A DNA stretch of 64,000 nt from Candidatus Latescibacterota bacterium. Lineage in GTDB: Bacteria > Latescibacterota > UBA2968. How positions within the stretch are numbered: position 1 is the stretch's first letter; each line of letters begins with the position of its first letter. The notes below the pieces were generated by a model. That model did no database searches. It was not told where the DNA came from and saw only the letters and a program-made list of their open reading frames with translations. The stretch is taken from NCBI GenBank assembly GCA_965204745.1, contig OZ242010.1, positions 5,312,001 through 5,376,000 of the forward strand, read 5' to 3'. The translations under genes were made by a program, and so were the position numbers. Below, one piece after another: positions 1 through 9,348 of the stretch.

Positions 1-157
1 ATTCGGTGAACACGATCACCTGCACGTCCGACAAATCGGGAATCGCATCCAGCGGCGTGTTCACCATAGCATACACGCCCCAGCCGATCACCATCACCGT
101 GGCGATCACCACCAAAAAACGATTCTCCACACTCGCTTGGATGATTTGGTTTAACAT
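1..157 (-). CDS. cusA: CusA/CzcA-family heavy-metal RND efflux pump, 5' end (runs off window)
   Basis: Hand translation from ATG 157: MLNQIIQASVENRFLVVIATVMVIGWGVYAMVNTPLDAIPDLSDVQVIVFTE. PLDAIPDLSDVQVIV is the CusA N-terminal signature. Confidence 0.85.
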   Translation of the reverse strand, partial: MLNQIIQASVENRFLVVIATVMVIGWGVYAMVNTPLDAIPDLSDVQVIVFTE

Positions 158-190
158 GGCAGCGGTGAAAGGTGAGAGGTGAAAGGTGAA

Positions 191-332
191 AGGTGAGAGG
201 GCCGCCCAACAGCCCATCCGCAAGTAAGAGGTGAGACGGGAGAGGTGAGAGGGCCGCCCAACAGCCCATCCGCAAGTAAGAGGTGAGACGGGAGAGGTGA
301 GAGGGCCGCCCAACAGCCCATCCGCAAGTAAG
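191..332. repeat. 52-bp tandem repeat (about 2.7 identical copies), preceded by GGTGA(A/G)A heptamers
   Basis: Unit aggtgagagggccgcccaacagcccatccgcaagtaagaggtgagacgggag starts at 191, 243 and 295 (partial). Confidence 0.95.
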
Positions 333-442
333 GGGGAATGGCGAGAGGTCTTCGGGGTTCATGGCGTTATCCATTCGCCCAAAGCCATCAAATCCGCCCT
401 GGATGCAACCCTTTAAGAAAGCCATGCGCTCCCCCTTTCCTC

Positions 443-463
443 GTAGGCACAGGCGTAGCCTAC
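443..463. repeat. GTAG-type REP-like palindrome
   Basis: gtaggc-acaggcgta-gcctac. Confidence 0.55.
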
Positions 464-540
464 AATGAGCGAAGCGAATAACGGGGGCCGGGGGGATAGG
501 GCTATGGCGGTAGGCCGGTTGGGGAACGCGGTTGGGGGTA

Positions 541-2154
541 CTATCCTCCGAACAGGCGGGCGAAAATGATAAAATCCGCGAAATCGACGCGGCCGTCTTG
601 GTTGAGATCAAAGCGGGAATCAAAGTCCGCGTCGCCTTGGCGCAGGCCGAAGTGTTCGGCGAACAAGCGAAAATCGTCAAAACTCCGTTGTCCATTGCCA
701 TCAAAGTCAATGCGCGCGGCATAGCCCACGCTGGGAGATAGGGCGATGTACTCGTCGCCTTTTCGATAGGGCACGTATTCCATTGCCACGAGGAGCATTT
801 CATCCGTGGTTTTTTCGCCCCACGCCACCGTGCGCGGGGGGGAATTGGGATTGAGCGGATTGCCGACGGTATTGTCATACGTGACGACAGCGTGAATTTT
901 CGATCCCGCGACAATTTTCTGAAAATGCGTGAAGGTGTAACTGCCCTGCCAATCAAAATCCCAGTCTGAAATCCGCACGAGATTGACGCGCTTGCCCTGT
1001 GGATCCACCGCGTACACGTCCCATGACCTGCCCAGCAAGTGCATGTGCGGGTAGATGGACAACAAGCTGATGTCTTGATCGATAGTGAGGGTACCGCGAA
1101 AGGTTTTGACCCTGCGTGCCGGGATGACAAAGCGGCTGTCGATCTCGAGTTTTGCCATCGGATTGATCGCGCCAAACAAGTCGTCCGCGCTGCCGAGGAG
1201 ATCGATCAAGTCTTCGACAGTGGGCGACAAATCCCCGAGTGCTTTGAGTTGCTCGATGTCGCGCCCGCCAAAAAGGCCGAAGAACGCTTTGACGTCATTG
1301 AGCGAAAAAGGCACGATAGCGATGAGGCCCACCTCTCTTTCGAGGGGTTCTTTTTTGAAAAAGATGTTCACGCTGGATCGATCCGACTCTGCAATGGGCC
1401 AGGGCGCGTAATGCACTTGGATGAGCAAATCGGCGTCTTTGGGCAAGATCTGTCCAACGCCCTGGGGAAATGCCACCGGGCGCGCGCCCGGGGTATAGGA
1501 GGGCAGGAGGGCGGCAATGGGCGAATCGAACCCGCCAAAAGACGCGTACCCGTATTCCGGGGTTTCGAGATCTTTTCGGCGCGCCGTGCCCGTGATGTCA
1601 ACCGCGAGAAGCGCGTGGTGAACGATCTGGCGATTGCCCGGCCGAAATTCAATCGCCGCGATAGCCCGATGTTCTGTCAGCCCGGTTGGGAGGACGAAGA
1701 CCTGATACTGGTCCTCGTTATCCCCGCGGATGGTAAAGGGTTCTGCCATGGTCAAGACGAGGTCCGGCGTGCCGAGTGCAGACCCCGTGGGAAAGGTCGG
1801 CAGCGGTGCTTCGAGGGCGAGGTCGCCTCGCGGAAATCCCGCGTCGACCCAATCGCGGATCAGGTCAATTTCGCTTTGCGTCAATGTTTGTTCGCCGATG
1901 TGCCGGCCGTAATTGGGATTGGGTTTCCACGGCGGCATTGCCCTGGTCTGCGTGACGTGTTTGACCATGGTCGCGTACGCCGCAACCTCGCTGTAATTCG
2001 TAAAAGGCATCGGCCCAATTTCACCCGTGCGATGGCAAGATGTGCAGTTGTTGTAGATGATCGGGGAAATGTGTTCGCCAAACGCGATGGTTTGTGCGTG
2101 CGGCGAAGCAAGGGCGCAGGCGAGTGCGAGAATCAACAGGGCGAATACGCGCAT
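541..2154 (-). CDS. Secreted cytochrome c / copper type II (PHM/DBH-like) monooxygenase-domain protein with C-terminal double EF-hand/dockerin-like tail
   Basis: Signal peptide; heme motif CTSCH; Cu ligands IVHH, QVHY, PHMH, DEM; WDFDWQ; C-terminal DFDGNG...DLNQDGRVDFADF. Confidence 0.8.
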   Translation of the reverse strand: MRVFALLILALACALASPHAQTIAFGEHISPIIYNNCTSCHRTGEIGPMPFTNYSEVAAYATMVKHVTQTRAMPPWKPNPNYGRHIGEQTLTQSEIDLIRDWVDAGFPRGDLALEAPLPTFPTGSALGTPDLVLTMAEPFTIRGDNEDQYQVFVLPTGLTEHRAIAAIEFRPGNRQIVHHALLAVDITGTARRKDLETPEYGYASFGGFDSPIAALLPSYTPGARPVAFPQGVGQILPKDADLLIQVHYAPWPIAESDRSSVNIFFKKEPLEREVGLIAIVPFSLNDVKAFFGLFGGRDIEQLKALGDLSPTVEDLIDLLGSADDLFGAINPMAKLEIDSRFVIPARRVKTFRGTLTIDQDISLLSIYPHMHLLGRSWDVYAVDPQGKRVNLVRISDWDFDWQGSYTFTHFQKIVAGSKIHAVVTYDNTVGNPLNPNSPPRTVAWGEKTTDEMLLVAMEYVPYRKGDEYIALSPSVGYAARIDFDGNGQRSFDDFRLFAEHFGLRQGDADFDSRFDLNQDGRVDFADFIIFARLFGG

Positions 2155-2159
2155 GGGGG

Positions 2160-2687
2160 TTACTCCTGTGCTGTGTTTTGCAAGGGCGTGATGAAGCAGC
2201 CAATGGCTTGGGTTTTGCGAAATGTCGAGGGCTTTTTGTTGCGGAGGACATTCAGGACATCCGCGAGGTCATGCTCGGTGACGACCCTGCGCCGCTTGCC
2301 CACGCGCGCAAAGGTGTTGTCAATGCGGCCCTGGTAGATCGCGGTATTTGACGAATCGACAACCACGACCTCGGGCATCACGGTTATCCCAAAGCGCTTC
2401 ACCCATGTGTGGGCGGAATCCCGGATGCAGGAGAACGGCAGCATGTATTTCTCTTTGAACGCGGCGATGGTGGTCGATGTGGAGAGCGCGTTGGGGAACA
2501 CGCCGATAAATGCGAGTTCTTCAGCCGCGTACTTCGCGTGCAACTTTCTCAGCGTCAGGGTGTAATGCCGCGAGACCGGACAGGTTTCCCCGAGAAAGAC
2601 ATAGACCTTATGCGGCGCGCAAATCCCCGATCCGACCAAGAGCAAAATCGCACAGGGGATGACCAAAATAGCATGACGCCAATTCAT
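2160..2687 (-). CDS. Exported redoxin (thioredoxin-fold) protein, usual partner of the monooxygenase family
   Basis: ATG 2687 after a GGAGGAG RBS; signal peptide; FLGETCPVS, PEVVV, YQGRIDN, AIGC motifs; stop 5 nt before the monooxygenase. Confidence 0.8.
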   Translation of the reverse strand: MNWRHAILVIPCAILLLVGSGICAPHKVYVFLGETCPVSRHYTLTLRKLHAKYAAEELAFIGVFPNALSTSTTIAAFKEKYMLPFSCIRDSAHTWVKRFGITVMPEVVVVDSSNTAIYQGRIDNTFARVGKRRRVVTEHDLADVLNVLRNKKPSTFRKTQAIGCFITPLQNTAQE

Positions 2688-2721
2688 CGATCTCCTCCAC
2701 GAAACAATGGAAAAATTTGCG

Positions 2722-2750
2722 TTGACAACTACACATTTGTTTATGATAAT
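2722..2750 (+). promoter_or_regulatory. Sigma70-type promoter for the methyltransferase
   Basis: TTGACA-17 bp-GATAAT. Confidence 0.6.
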
Positions 2751-2857
2751 GCCTTCACAATAGCTATTGCAGAGGAAAGCATGGGGCAATCAACGCCTCA
2801 GTTCAACCCAAACGCAGAATAACTTCGTTCAAAATTTTTAAGCGAAAAGGACAGGCG

Positions 2858-4603
2858 GTGGTCATCACAAAACAAAAGGCAATGGGGGTACATTTTACCC
2901 CTCCTGAATTGGCCCGGTTTGTAGCGCGGAGAATTATTAACGCATTCTCTTCCAATGCCTCAAAGCACCTCAGGGTTCTCGATCCCGCTTGTGGAGATGG
3001 CGAATTGCTTTTGGCATTTGCCGAAATGCTTCCCGACTCATTTCAAGGCCGATGTACTTTGGTAGGTATCGAGTCAGACTGTTCATCATTGCATCGCGCG
3101 AGCGAACGATTGGCGCACTTGCCTCAAAAAGAAGTCGAACTCCACGAAGACGATTTTCTAGCGTTCTACGAAAATCAGCAGAAACGCCCCGATTTGTTTC
3201 ATCTCCCTTCAAACGGTCATTCGCTTGTAAAACCCGCCGATGTCATTATTGCAAATCCCCCTTATGTAAGGACACAGATACTCGGCGCCGCGAAAGCACG
3301 AGAATTATCGAACCTTTTTGGTTTGAAGGGGCGGATCGATCTCTATCAGGCATTTCTGATTGCAATGACCGATCATTTGTCTCCGGGGGGAATGATCGGC
3401 GTCATTACTTCAAATAGGTTTCTTTTTACCCGAGGTGCAAGTGTTGTGCGAGAATTTTTGGATCGTCAATACCATATCACTGAAATTTTTGATCTTGGAG
3501 ATACGAAACTTTTTGACGCTGCGGTACTGCCCGCGGTGTTTATAGGACAGCGCAAATCCGACGGTGAATTACCCGACAAAAAGTTACAAAAATTTGTGAA
3601 AATTTATGAAAATCTGAACGGCAATGACAATTCCAAACAAAATGTAGAGTACTCTGACTCCGTGTTCAAAGTTCTCGAAAGCGAAGCCATTGGCACGTAT
3701 CAAATCCAGAGTAAATGCTTCAATATCTCCCGAGGTCTTCTTTCTATCCCAGCCTCATCCTCCGAACCGTGGCGCATGGTCACGGCAGGGGAAAGTGCTT
3801 GGCTCAAAAGGATAAACGCTCGGGCCTTTTATCGCATTGGAGATATTTTGAAAGTTCGAGTGGGTATTAAGACCACGGCGGATGAGGTGTTCATCAGAGA
3901 AAATTGGGACGCGCTTTCCAAAACGCGAAAGCCAGAAAAAAAACTCCTTCAATACTTGCTGTCTCATGGCGATGCGGCCCGTTGGCGTTCTCTAACGAGG
4001 AAAGAGGCCCTCAAGCAAGTCTTGTACACTCATGAAGAGAAAAATGGCAGACGTCAGGCGATTGATTTATCTGAATATCCACGAGCTAAGGCGTATCTCT
4101 CTCTGTATCGAAAGCGTTTGGAAGGCAGAAAATACGTTTTGAAAGCGAAGCGCAATTGGTACGAGATCTGGGTACCTCAAAATCCCCATCTGTGGAAACG
4201 GCCCAAAATCGTTTTTCCCGATATAAGTTTGGTGCCCAAATTTTTCTATGATGCAGATGGATATATCGTCGATGGCAACTGCTACTGGATTCCACTGGAA
4301 AACGGAACGGATGAAGAGGTGCTTTTTCTGATACAAGGCGTGGCAAATTCAAAACTCATGACGCGCTATCACGACCTTTCATTTAACAACAAGCTCTATG
4401 CTGGACGGCGGCGATATTTGACTCAATACGTTCAAAAGTATCCCCTTCCCGATCCAACCACCCGCGACGCACAGCAGATTGTCGCTCTGGTCAAAGCGTT
4501 GGTATTTTCTGTCTCAGATGATAAATCGCGTGATGAAAAAGAACGAGAATTGGAAATTACGGTCGCAAGTGCCTTTGGCGTAGAGCCCGTGTCCGAAATT
4601 TAG
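2858..4603 (+). CDS. Type II N6-adenine DNA methyltransferase (gamma class, Eco57I/TaqI-like with C-terminal TRD)
   Basis: FTPPELA, VLDPACGDG (motif I), IANPPY (motif IV), DLY; visibly AT-richer than the flanks. Confidence 0.9.
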   Translation: MVITKQKAMGVHFTPPELARFVARRIINAFSSNASKHLRVLDPACGDGELLLAFAEMLPDSFQGRCTLVGIESDCSSLHRASERLAHLPQKEVELHEDDFLAFYENQQKRPDLFHLPSNGHSLVKPADVIIANPPYVRTQILGAAKARELSNLFGLKGRIDLYQAFLIAMTDHLSPGGMIGVITSNRFLFTRGASVVREFLDRQYHITEIFDLGDTKLFDAAVLPAVFIGQRKSDGELPDKKLQKFVKIYENLNGNDNSKQNVEYSDSVFKVLESEAIGTYQIQSKCFNISRGLLSIPASSSEPWRMVTAGESAWLKRINARAFYRIGDILKVRVGIKTTADEVFIRENWDALSKTRKPEKKLLQYLLSHGDAARWRSLTRKEALKQVLYTHEEKNGRRQAIDLSEYPRAKAYLSLYRKRLEGRKYVLKAKRNWYEIWVPQNPHLWKRPKIVFPDISLVPKFFYDADGYIVDGNCYWIPLENGTDEEVLFLIQGVANSKLMTRYHDLSFNNKLYAGRRRYLTQYVQKYPLPDPTTRDAQQIVALVKALVFSVSDDKSRDEKERELEITVASAFGVEPVSEI

Positions 4604-5769
4604 GGGTCGTGAACCGCTCGACCTTCATATTGGTCAAAGAAGCTCATCGGAATCGCCCTTTGGCATTTGTAGTTCGTACTGGAAACATAAGAGAAATGCT
4701 CGCCTAATTTTTCCCCAGGACACAACACAACGCCTGTGACGACACCTGTTTTTTCGTCCGTCAATGCAATCAGATATCGAATATCCGATGTCGTGAACCC
4801 CGGACATGCGGGAACATCTTCCTCGACTCGAGGGCTGTACATACCCAAGTCAATGGTGGGCGAATCTTGCACTTTGACTTCGAGTGCTTGATTGGGCAAA
4901 TCGGGATAGCTTCCCATGAGTGGTTCATCCGCACGCGGCATATATCCCAGATACTGGGAAATGAGCAGTTCGAGAAATTGCCCTCGGTTTTTGGTGGTAG
5001 CCCCCTCAATTGTTGCATTTATCAGACGGACCGCTACTTTCTCTCGCAATATTCGCAGTGCCAGTACTCGCCCCTGTCTGGGCTTGTCACGCATAGAAGC
5101 GCGTGGCCTTTCATAAAGTTGCGAAACCATTGTCGCAACTTTAGCGGTATCTGGATAATAGAGAATGGGGGGCCGCGTCTCCAAAATTTTCCTGCGTGTT
5201 TTATCGGTGATAATGAGTTGATGCTTGATTGTGGGCCTGCTAAATTTTCCGAAATGATCGACGATATAATCCGATGATAAGAGGAAAATAGAACGCACTT
5301 CGAAGGTATGGGGATCGACGCGCACGATAACGAATCTAACATCTCGGTCACGCAAGTTTTCCCCAAAAGCGTACTCGATTTGGATACTTTCTCCTACGGG
5401 ATTTCGATTCCATACTTGGAGATTGTACGCCGCGCCCGTTGTAACGATATAGGTGTCGATATATTCTCGCAGAATCCGCGGTACACCTTTCTTTTTTGGA
5501 GGGATGATCGTATAGGAAGCCCGATCACATGGCGGCGGCAACGGGTGTTTTTCAAGTGTTGCCGCGATCAAATTTCGCATATTCGTGCCGTCGGTTCTCG
5601 TTTTCCGCGTCAATGGAAATGAGGTTCCGATCAGCACGCTTAAGCACTCAACGAGGATTTTAGGCGGTGTGAGCGCGTTTTTATTTTTCGGCGGAATCGT
5701 TAAGGGGTTATTCAAAGCGAGCCCCATCTTGAAATGGCGAATGGACTTGTGCAATACCGCGTATCGCAT
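4600..5769 (-). CDS. Putative type II restriction endonuclease cognate to the methyltransferase
   Basis: Convergent with the MTase (4-bp overlap), same AT-rich composition, PD-(D/E)xK-like YPDLPNQALEVK. Start uncertain (5769 or 5727). The upstream part of the 524-aa ORF is a shadow of the uronate isomerase gene. Confidence 0.7.
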   Translation of the reverse strand: MRYAVLHKSIRHFKMGLALNNPLTIPPKNKNALTPPKILVECLSVLIGTSFPLTRKTRTDGTNMRNLIAATLEKHPLPPPCDRASYTIIPPKKKGVPRILREYIDTYIVTTGAAYNLQVWNRNPVGESIQIEYAFGENLRDRDVRFVIVRVDPHTFEVRSIFLLSSDYIVDHFGKFSRPTIKHQLIITDKTRRKILETRPPILYYPDTAKVATMVSQLYERPRASMRDKPRQGRVLALRILREKVAVRLINATIEGATTKNRGQFLELLISQYLGYMPRADEPLMGSYPDLPNQALEVKVQDSPTIDLGMYSPRVEEDVPACPGFTTSDIRYLIALTDEKTGVVTGVVLCPGEKLGEHFSYVSSTNYKCQRAIPMSFFDQYEGRAVHDP

Positions 5770-5771
5770 CT

Positions 5772-7013
5772 TCAATCCAGCAATTTGCCCCCGCCGAACA
5801 TGGTCGAGATGTCGCGTTGGATGTCGGCTTGGGTGAGGGGCCAGCCCGCGGCGCGGAGCGATTCGTATTTCTCGACGAAAACCGGGGCGATGACTTGGAT
5901 GGCATGCGTCCATTTGTAGAGCAACTGGTCGAGGATGCGCGCATCGGAGTGCTGCGGGACAAAACTCGTGCCGAGCAGTTCGAGGCGTTCGGCGGTAATT
6001 TCGCGGATGATGCTCGGATTGTTCAAAAACCACCAGCAGCCAAAGGGATGCACATTGGGAAATTTGCGGCCCGTCACGCAGAGTTCGTGCTGGTTCTCGC
6101 GCGAGAGCAAGGTGATGAGAAAATCGACCTCCGGCCAATCGCGGGCGATGCGCTCGAGGTTCGTCATATCCCACTTGCCCAAACTGTCGCCCCCGTCTTT
6201 GAGCACGGGGTTGACCTGCCGCGTCACCCCGATCATCATCGCCGATGGGATTTGCAATTCCCGCGCCGTGGGATACACCACGTTGCCCATCATCAGGGAG
6301 ATGCTGTCCGCTGAGGGATATGCAAAATCCGGGGGAAGCGAGATCGCCATGTAGCGCGCGTCCATCTTTGCCACCCAGTCCGCGAGATAGCGGCGCAGTT
6401 CCGAAAAGGTCTTGTCGGACAACCCCTCTTCCACGTCATACCCCAAACCGCGCAGTTTGCCCACCGGCGTCGGCCAGTTCATCAACGCGCTGTCGAGGCG
6501 CAAGACCGCCTTGAAGCGCGGGTCAATGGAAACGCCCTGCTGCCACATCGCGCCTTCGGCGTCGTCGAGCGGATCATTGGTCATGTACACACAGGCGACC
6601 CCGGCTTTTTCAAACACCATATCGGTGTATTCTTCGGGCGTCTTGGAGGCGTAAAAGGCGCGAAACTCGGACAGGTCTGTAGCACGGGGATTCAGCCCCA
6701 AGCGGCTCATCACAGTGACCACGCCCAGTTGTGCTTCGGAAATCGGCGAACTGTTGCCCACGAAAAGTCGTCGCCAGATCACGTCGGCCTGTTCCGCAGT
6801 GGGCATATTGTTAAACGCGGCCACCGAGACGCCTTCGGGCAACATGCGCGAACACTCGGCTTTGAGATAGTGGTAGGTCAGCAACTCGTCCGGCCCGGCC
6901 AGGTACAACGCGCCCATCGACGCGGGGTAGAGATGCGTGTGAATATCGACAATGGCGTGGTTTTGAAATGCGTTCTCCACGGCTTTTGCGATTGAAAAAT
7001 TGGACATGTTCAT
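5772..7013 (-). CDS. Uronate (glucuronate) isomerase, BH0493-type amidohydrolase
   Basis: DIHTHL; MTNDP; GCWWFLNNPSII...ERLELLG..FVPQHSDARILDQLLYKW; AAGGGG RBS. Confidence 0.85.
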   Translation of the reverse strand: MNMSNFSIAKAVENAFQNHAIVDIHTHLYPASMGALYLAGPDELLTYHYLKAECSRMLPEGVSVAAFNNMPTAEQADVIWRRLFVGNSSPISEAQLGVVTVMSRLGLNPRATDLSEFRAFYASKTPEEYTDMVFEKAGVACVYMTNDPLDDAEGAMWQQGVSIDPRFKAVLRLDSALMNWPTPVGKLRGLGYDVEEGLSDKTFSELRRYLADWVAKMDARYMAISLPPDFAYPSADSISLMMGNVVYPTARELQIPSAMMIGVTRQVNPVLKDGGDSLGKWDMTNLERIARDWPEVDFLITLLSRENQHELCVTGRKFPNVHPFGCWWFLNNPSIIREITAERLELLGTSFVPQHSDARILDQLLYKWTHAIQVIAPVFVEKYESLRAAGWPLTQADIQRDISTMFGGGKLLD

Positions 7014-7042
7014 TCCCCTTTTCGCGAATGCGATGAATTGGA

Positions 7043-7885
7043 TCAATACCGGTCGATCAGAAACAGAAATTCGCGCCAGTTTTTGATTTCGACATGCGGA
7101 TCCGGGCCGTCGAGCGGCGCGTCCAACCGGTTGTACCACACGGCGCCCATGCCGGCATTGTGCGCGCCGGCAATGTCGTATTGCGGCGTATTGCCTATGT
7201 ACCACGCATCCGAGGGTTTCACGCCGAGCTTGGCTGCAGCGGTTTCCAAGATGAGGGGATGGGGCTTACGCACCCAGTAGTCCGCGCTCGACATGAGAAA
7301 TTGAAAATAATTCGCGAGCCCCTGTCGCTCGAGTTCCCACCACAACGTGTTGCCACAAAACGCGGCATTGCTGACAATGCCCATTGGAATGCGTTTTTCG
7401 TTCAATGTTTTGAGGGCATTTTCCACACCCGGTTCGGGCCGCCACGACATGGCCGCACGCCAAAACACGCGCTCAACTTCCTCGGGCGCACAATCAAAGG
7501 CGATGTGCAGAGCTTCGTAAACATGGCGTTGAAAAATGTGCGGATGAAATTCCACCTGCGCTTTTTCGCGGCGCGGAATGAGGTCGCGGTTCATGCTTTC
7601 AATGCGCCTGCCGATGTCTTTGACCGTATGGCCCGATGGGTTGTTGGCGATTTCGAGCGTGGCTGCAATCCCCGCCTCCGGGTCAAAGCCGAGATGCGTC
7701 AAGAGCGTGTCGCCCATGTCGAACAAAACGCCGAGCGGCTTTTGCAAGGTCGACGCCCGTTGCGCCTTGGGTCGGGGTCGTGTTTCGCGCATTTCCGCCG
7801 CGGTGACCGTTTTGTGCTCGGTTCGCTCACCGCTCGCCTCCCGAGTCTGAGAAGCGCGAATAGCCTGCGGCCGATTTTGTCGCAT
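7043..7885 (-). CDS. HAD-superfamily hydrolase
   Basis: FDMGDTL, VSN, RKPHP, YIGN...DIAGA motifs; start uncertain (7885 or TTG 7747). Confidence 0.85.
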   Translation of the reverse strand: MRQNRPQAIRASQTREASGERTEHKTVTAAEMRETRPRPKAQRASTLQKPLGVLFDMGDTLLTHLGFDPEAGIAATLEIANNPSGHTVKDIGRRIESMNRDLIPRREKAQVEFHPHIFQRHVYEALHIAFDCAPEEVERVFWRAAMSWRPEPGVENALKTLNEKRIPMGIVSNAAFCGNTLWWELERQGLANYFQFLMSSADYWVRKPHPLILETAAAKLGVKPSDAWYIGNTPQYDIAGAHNAGMGAVWYNRLDAPLDGPDPHVEIKNWREFLFLIDRY

Positions 7886-8070
7886 CTCTTAGCCGCTCCT
7901 TCAAATTGTATGAAATCGACTTTATCGCATACTATCGCATGCTACACAAAAGCCAATGACCGTTGATTCGATTGCCGCTTCTTTGGGCGTGCGTCCACGC
8001 GCTTACAACCTCGTGTCCGTCTTATCGTTCCTCCACGTCCGTTTATCGACTCGGCAGGGCTTGCCGCGTC
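7873..8070 (-). ncRNA. Predicted TnpB omega/reRNA (scaffold over the tnpB 3' end and right end, plus about 20-nt flank-derived guide)
   Basis: Known TnpB architecture; boundaries are inferred, not observed. Confidence 0.5.
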
Positions 8071-9262
8071 GTATTGTGCAAGATTTCTTGCCGCGTTCAA
8101 ATCGCGGTCAAGAACCAGTCCGCAGGACAAGCAGACATACTCACGCTCTGACAAATCCATAGCAACCTTGCGCTGTCCACAGCCAGAGCATGTCTTCGTG
8201 CTGGCAAACCACCTGTCGGCTTTCTCAAAGGCCACGCCAGACCATTCGCACTTATACGCCAACATACGCAAGAAGCCTGCGATGCCGGCGCGGTGGAACG
8301 CACGCGACAGGCTTTTGTTGCGGCGCATACCGGCGACATTCAGCGTTTCGACAATCACCTTGCCAACGGTCGTCGCTTTGACCAAAGCGGAAGTGGCTTT
8401 GTGATGAACATCGTTGCGAATGGTTGTGATGCGTCCGTAGATGCGCTGGCGTTGGTCATACAAGCGTTGCCTGCGATTACTGCGTTGGTTCTTGCCATGC
8501 ACATGCTTTGAGCGTGCGATGGCTTTATCTACTCGGCGCAACTTCCGATACTGCGTATCAATTGATCCTTTTGGATTGTCTATCGTTGTGCCATCAGAAT
8601 AGGTTGCCAGCGTCTTGATGCCCATGTCAATGCCGATGGGTTCACCAGACCGCTTATCGGGCACAGCCTCGCCAGTATCGACAGATAGACAAACAAACCA
8701 GCGGTCATGCGTCTTTGTCACCGTGGCTTTGACAATCTCGCCGGGAAAGCGCAGACGCTCAGCCATCTTGACCCAACCAATTTTGGGGAGATAGACCTTT
8801 TTGCCGTCCACCTTGACCGTACCGGGCCCATTATCGGCTTGGTACGCACGCTTACCAGACCGCTTGCGGTGTTTTGGAAACCTCGCTGGCGATTTCTTGT
8901 CTTGCCACCTCTTGATGGCAAAGTCCAAATCGTGAATGGCGTTCTTTGATGCGTTCTGCGACAACTCGACAGACCATTCATACTCGGCATACTTGACCGC
9001 ATTGAACTCCCGCTTGAGCGTATAGACCGACTTAAACACGCCCATATCCAGGGCGTGTTTGAACGCATTGAGGGCGTGATTATACGCAACACGAGCATAG
9101 CCACAGTGCTTTGACAACCGCGTCGCCTGGGCTTTATTCGGCTTCAGTGCATTTTTGTGCGTCTTAACCATTGGCCTATCCAATCTTCAACACCAACTGC
9201 TTTCGCTCGATAATATACGATTTTATACGATACGATACGATTATAGCGAAATGTTACTTACC
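7893..9262 (-). mobile_element. Non-autonomous IS607-like element carrying only tnpB
   Basis: Minus-strand GG at both junctions (9261-9262 and 7893-7894). ATACGAT motifs at 9215-9241 and inverted ATCGCAT/ATCGACT motifs at 7915-7940, each about 20 bp in from the GG. No tnpA. Confidence 0.65.
7942..9171 (-). CDS. tnpB: RNA-guided endonuclease TnpB
   Basis: HTH-like N-terminus (AR.AYN.AL); RuvC-I GIDMG; RuvC-II IVETL; zinc finger CSGC...CLSC; RuvC-III DRDLNAARN, all intact. Confidence 0.95.
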   Translation of the reverse strand: MVKTHKNALKPNKAQATRLSKHCGYARVAYNHALNAFKHALDMGVFKSVYTLKREFNAVKYAEYEWSVELSQNASKNAIHDLDFAIKRWQDKKSPARFPKHRKRSGKRAYQADNGPGTVKVDGKKVYLPKIGWVKMAERLRFPGEIVKATVTKTHDRWFVCLSVDTGEAVPDKRSGEPIGIDMGIKTLATYSDGTTIDNPKGSIDTQYRKLRRVDKAIARSKHVHGKNQRSNRRQRLYDQRQRIYGRITTIRNDVHHKATSALVKATTVGKVIVETLNVAGMRRNKSLSRAFHRAGIAGFLRMLAYKCEWSGVAFEKADRWFASTKTCSGCGQRKVAMDLSEREYVCLSCGLVLDRDLNAARNLAQYDAASPAESINGRGGTIRRTRGCKRVDARPKKRQSNQRSLAFV

Positions 9263-9348
9263 CTCTGTCGTTCCTATATCCTCGCCACTCCGCTCTTCCC
9301 AAGTATAGGTTGGGAATGGCGATGAAGCAAGCGAGAATATGGCGAGAT

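Noticed and set aside
191-332. Possible CRISPR array
   Set aside because: The units are identical end to end with no unique spacers, and there are no cas genes in the window.
7942-9183. Cas12f or other type V effector
   Set aside because: No adjacent array or cas1/cas2; size and transposon-like ends fit TnpB.
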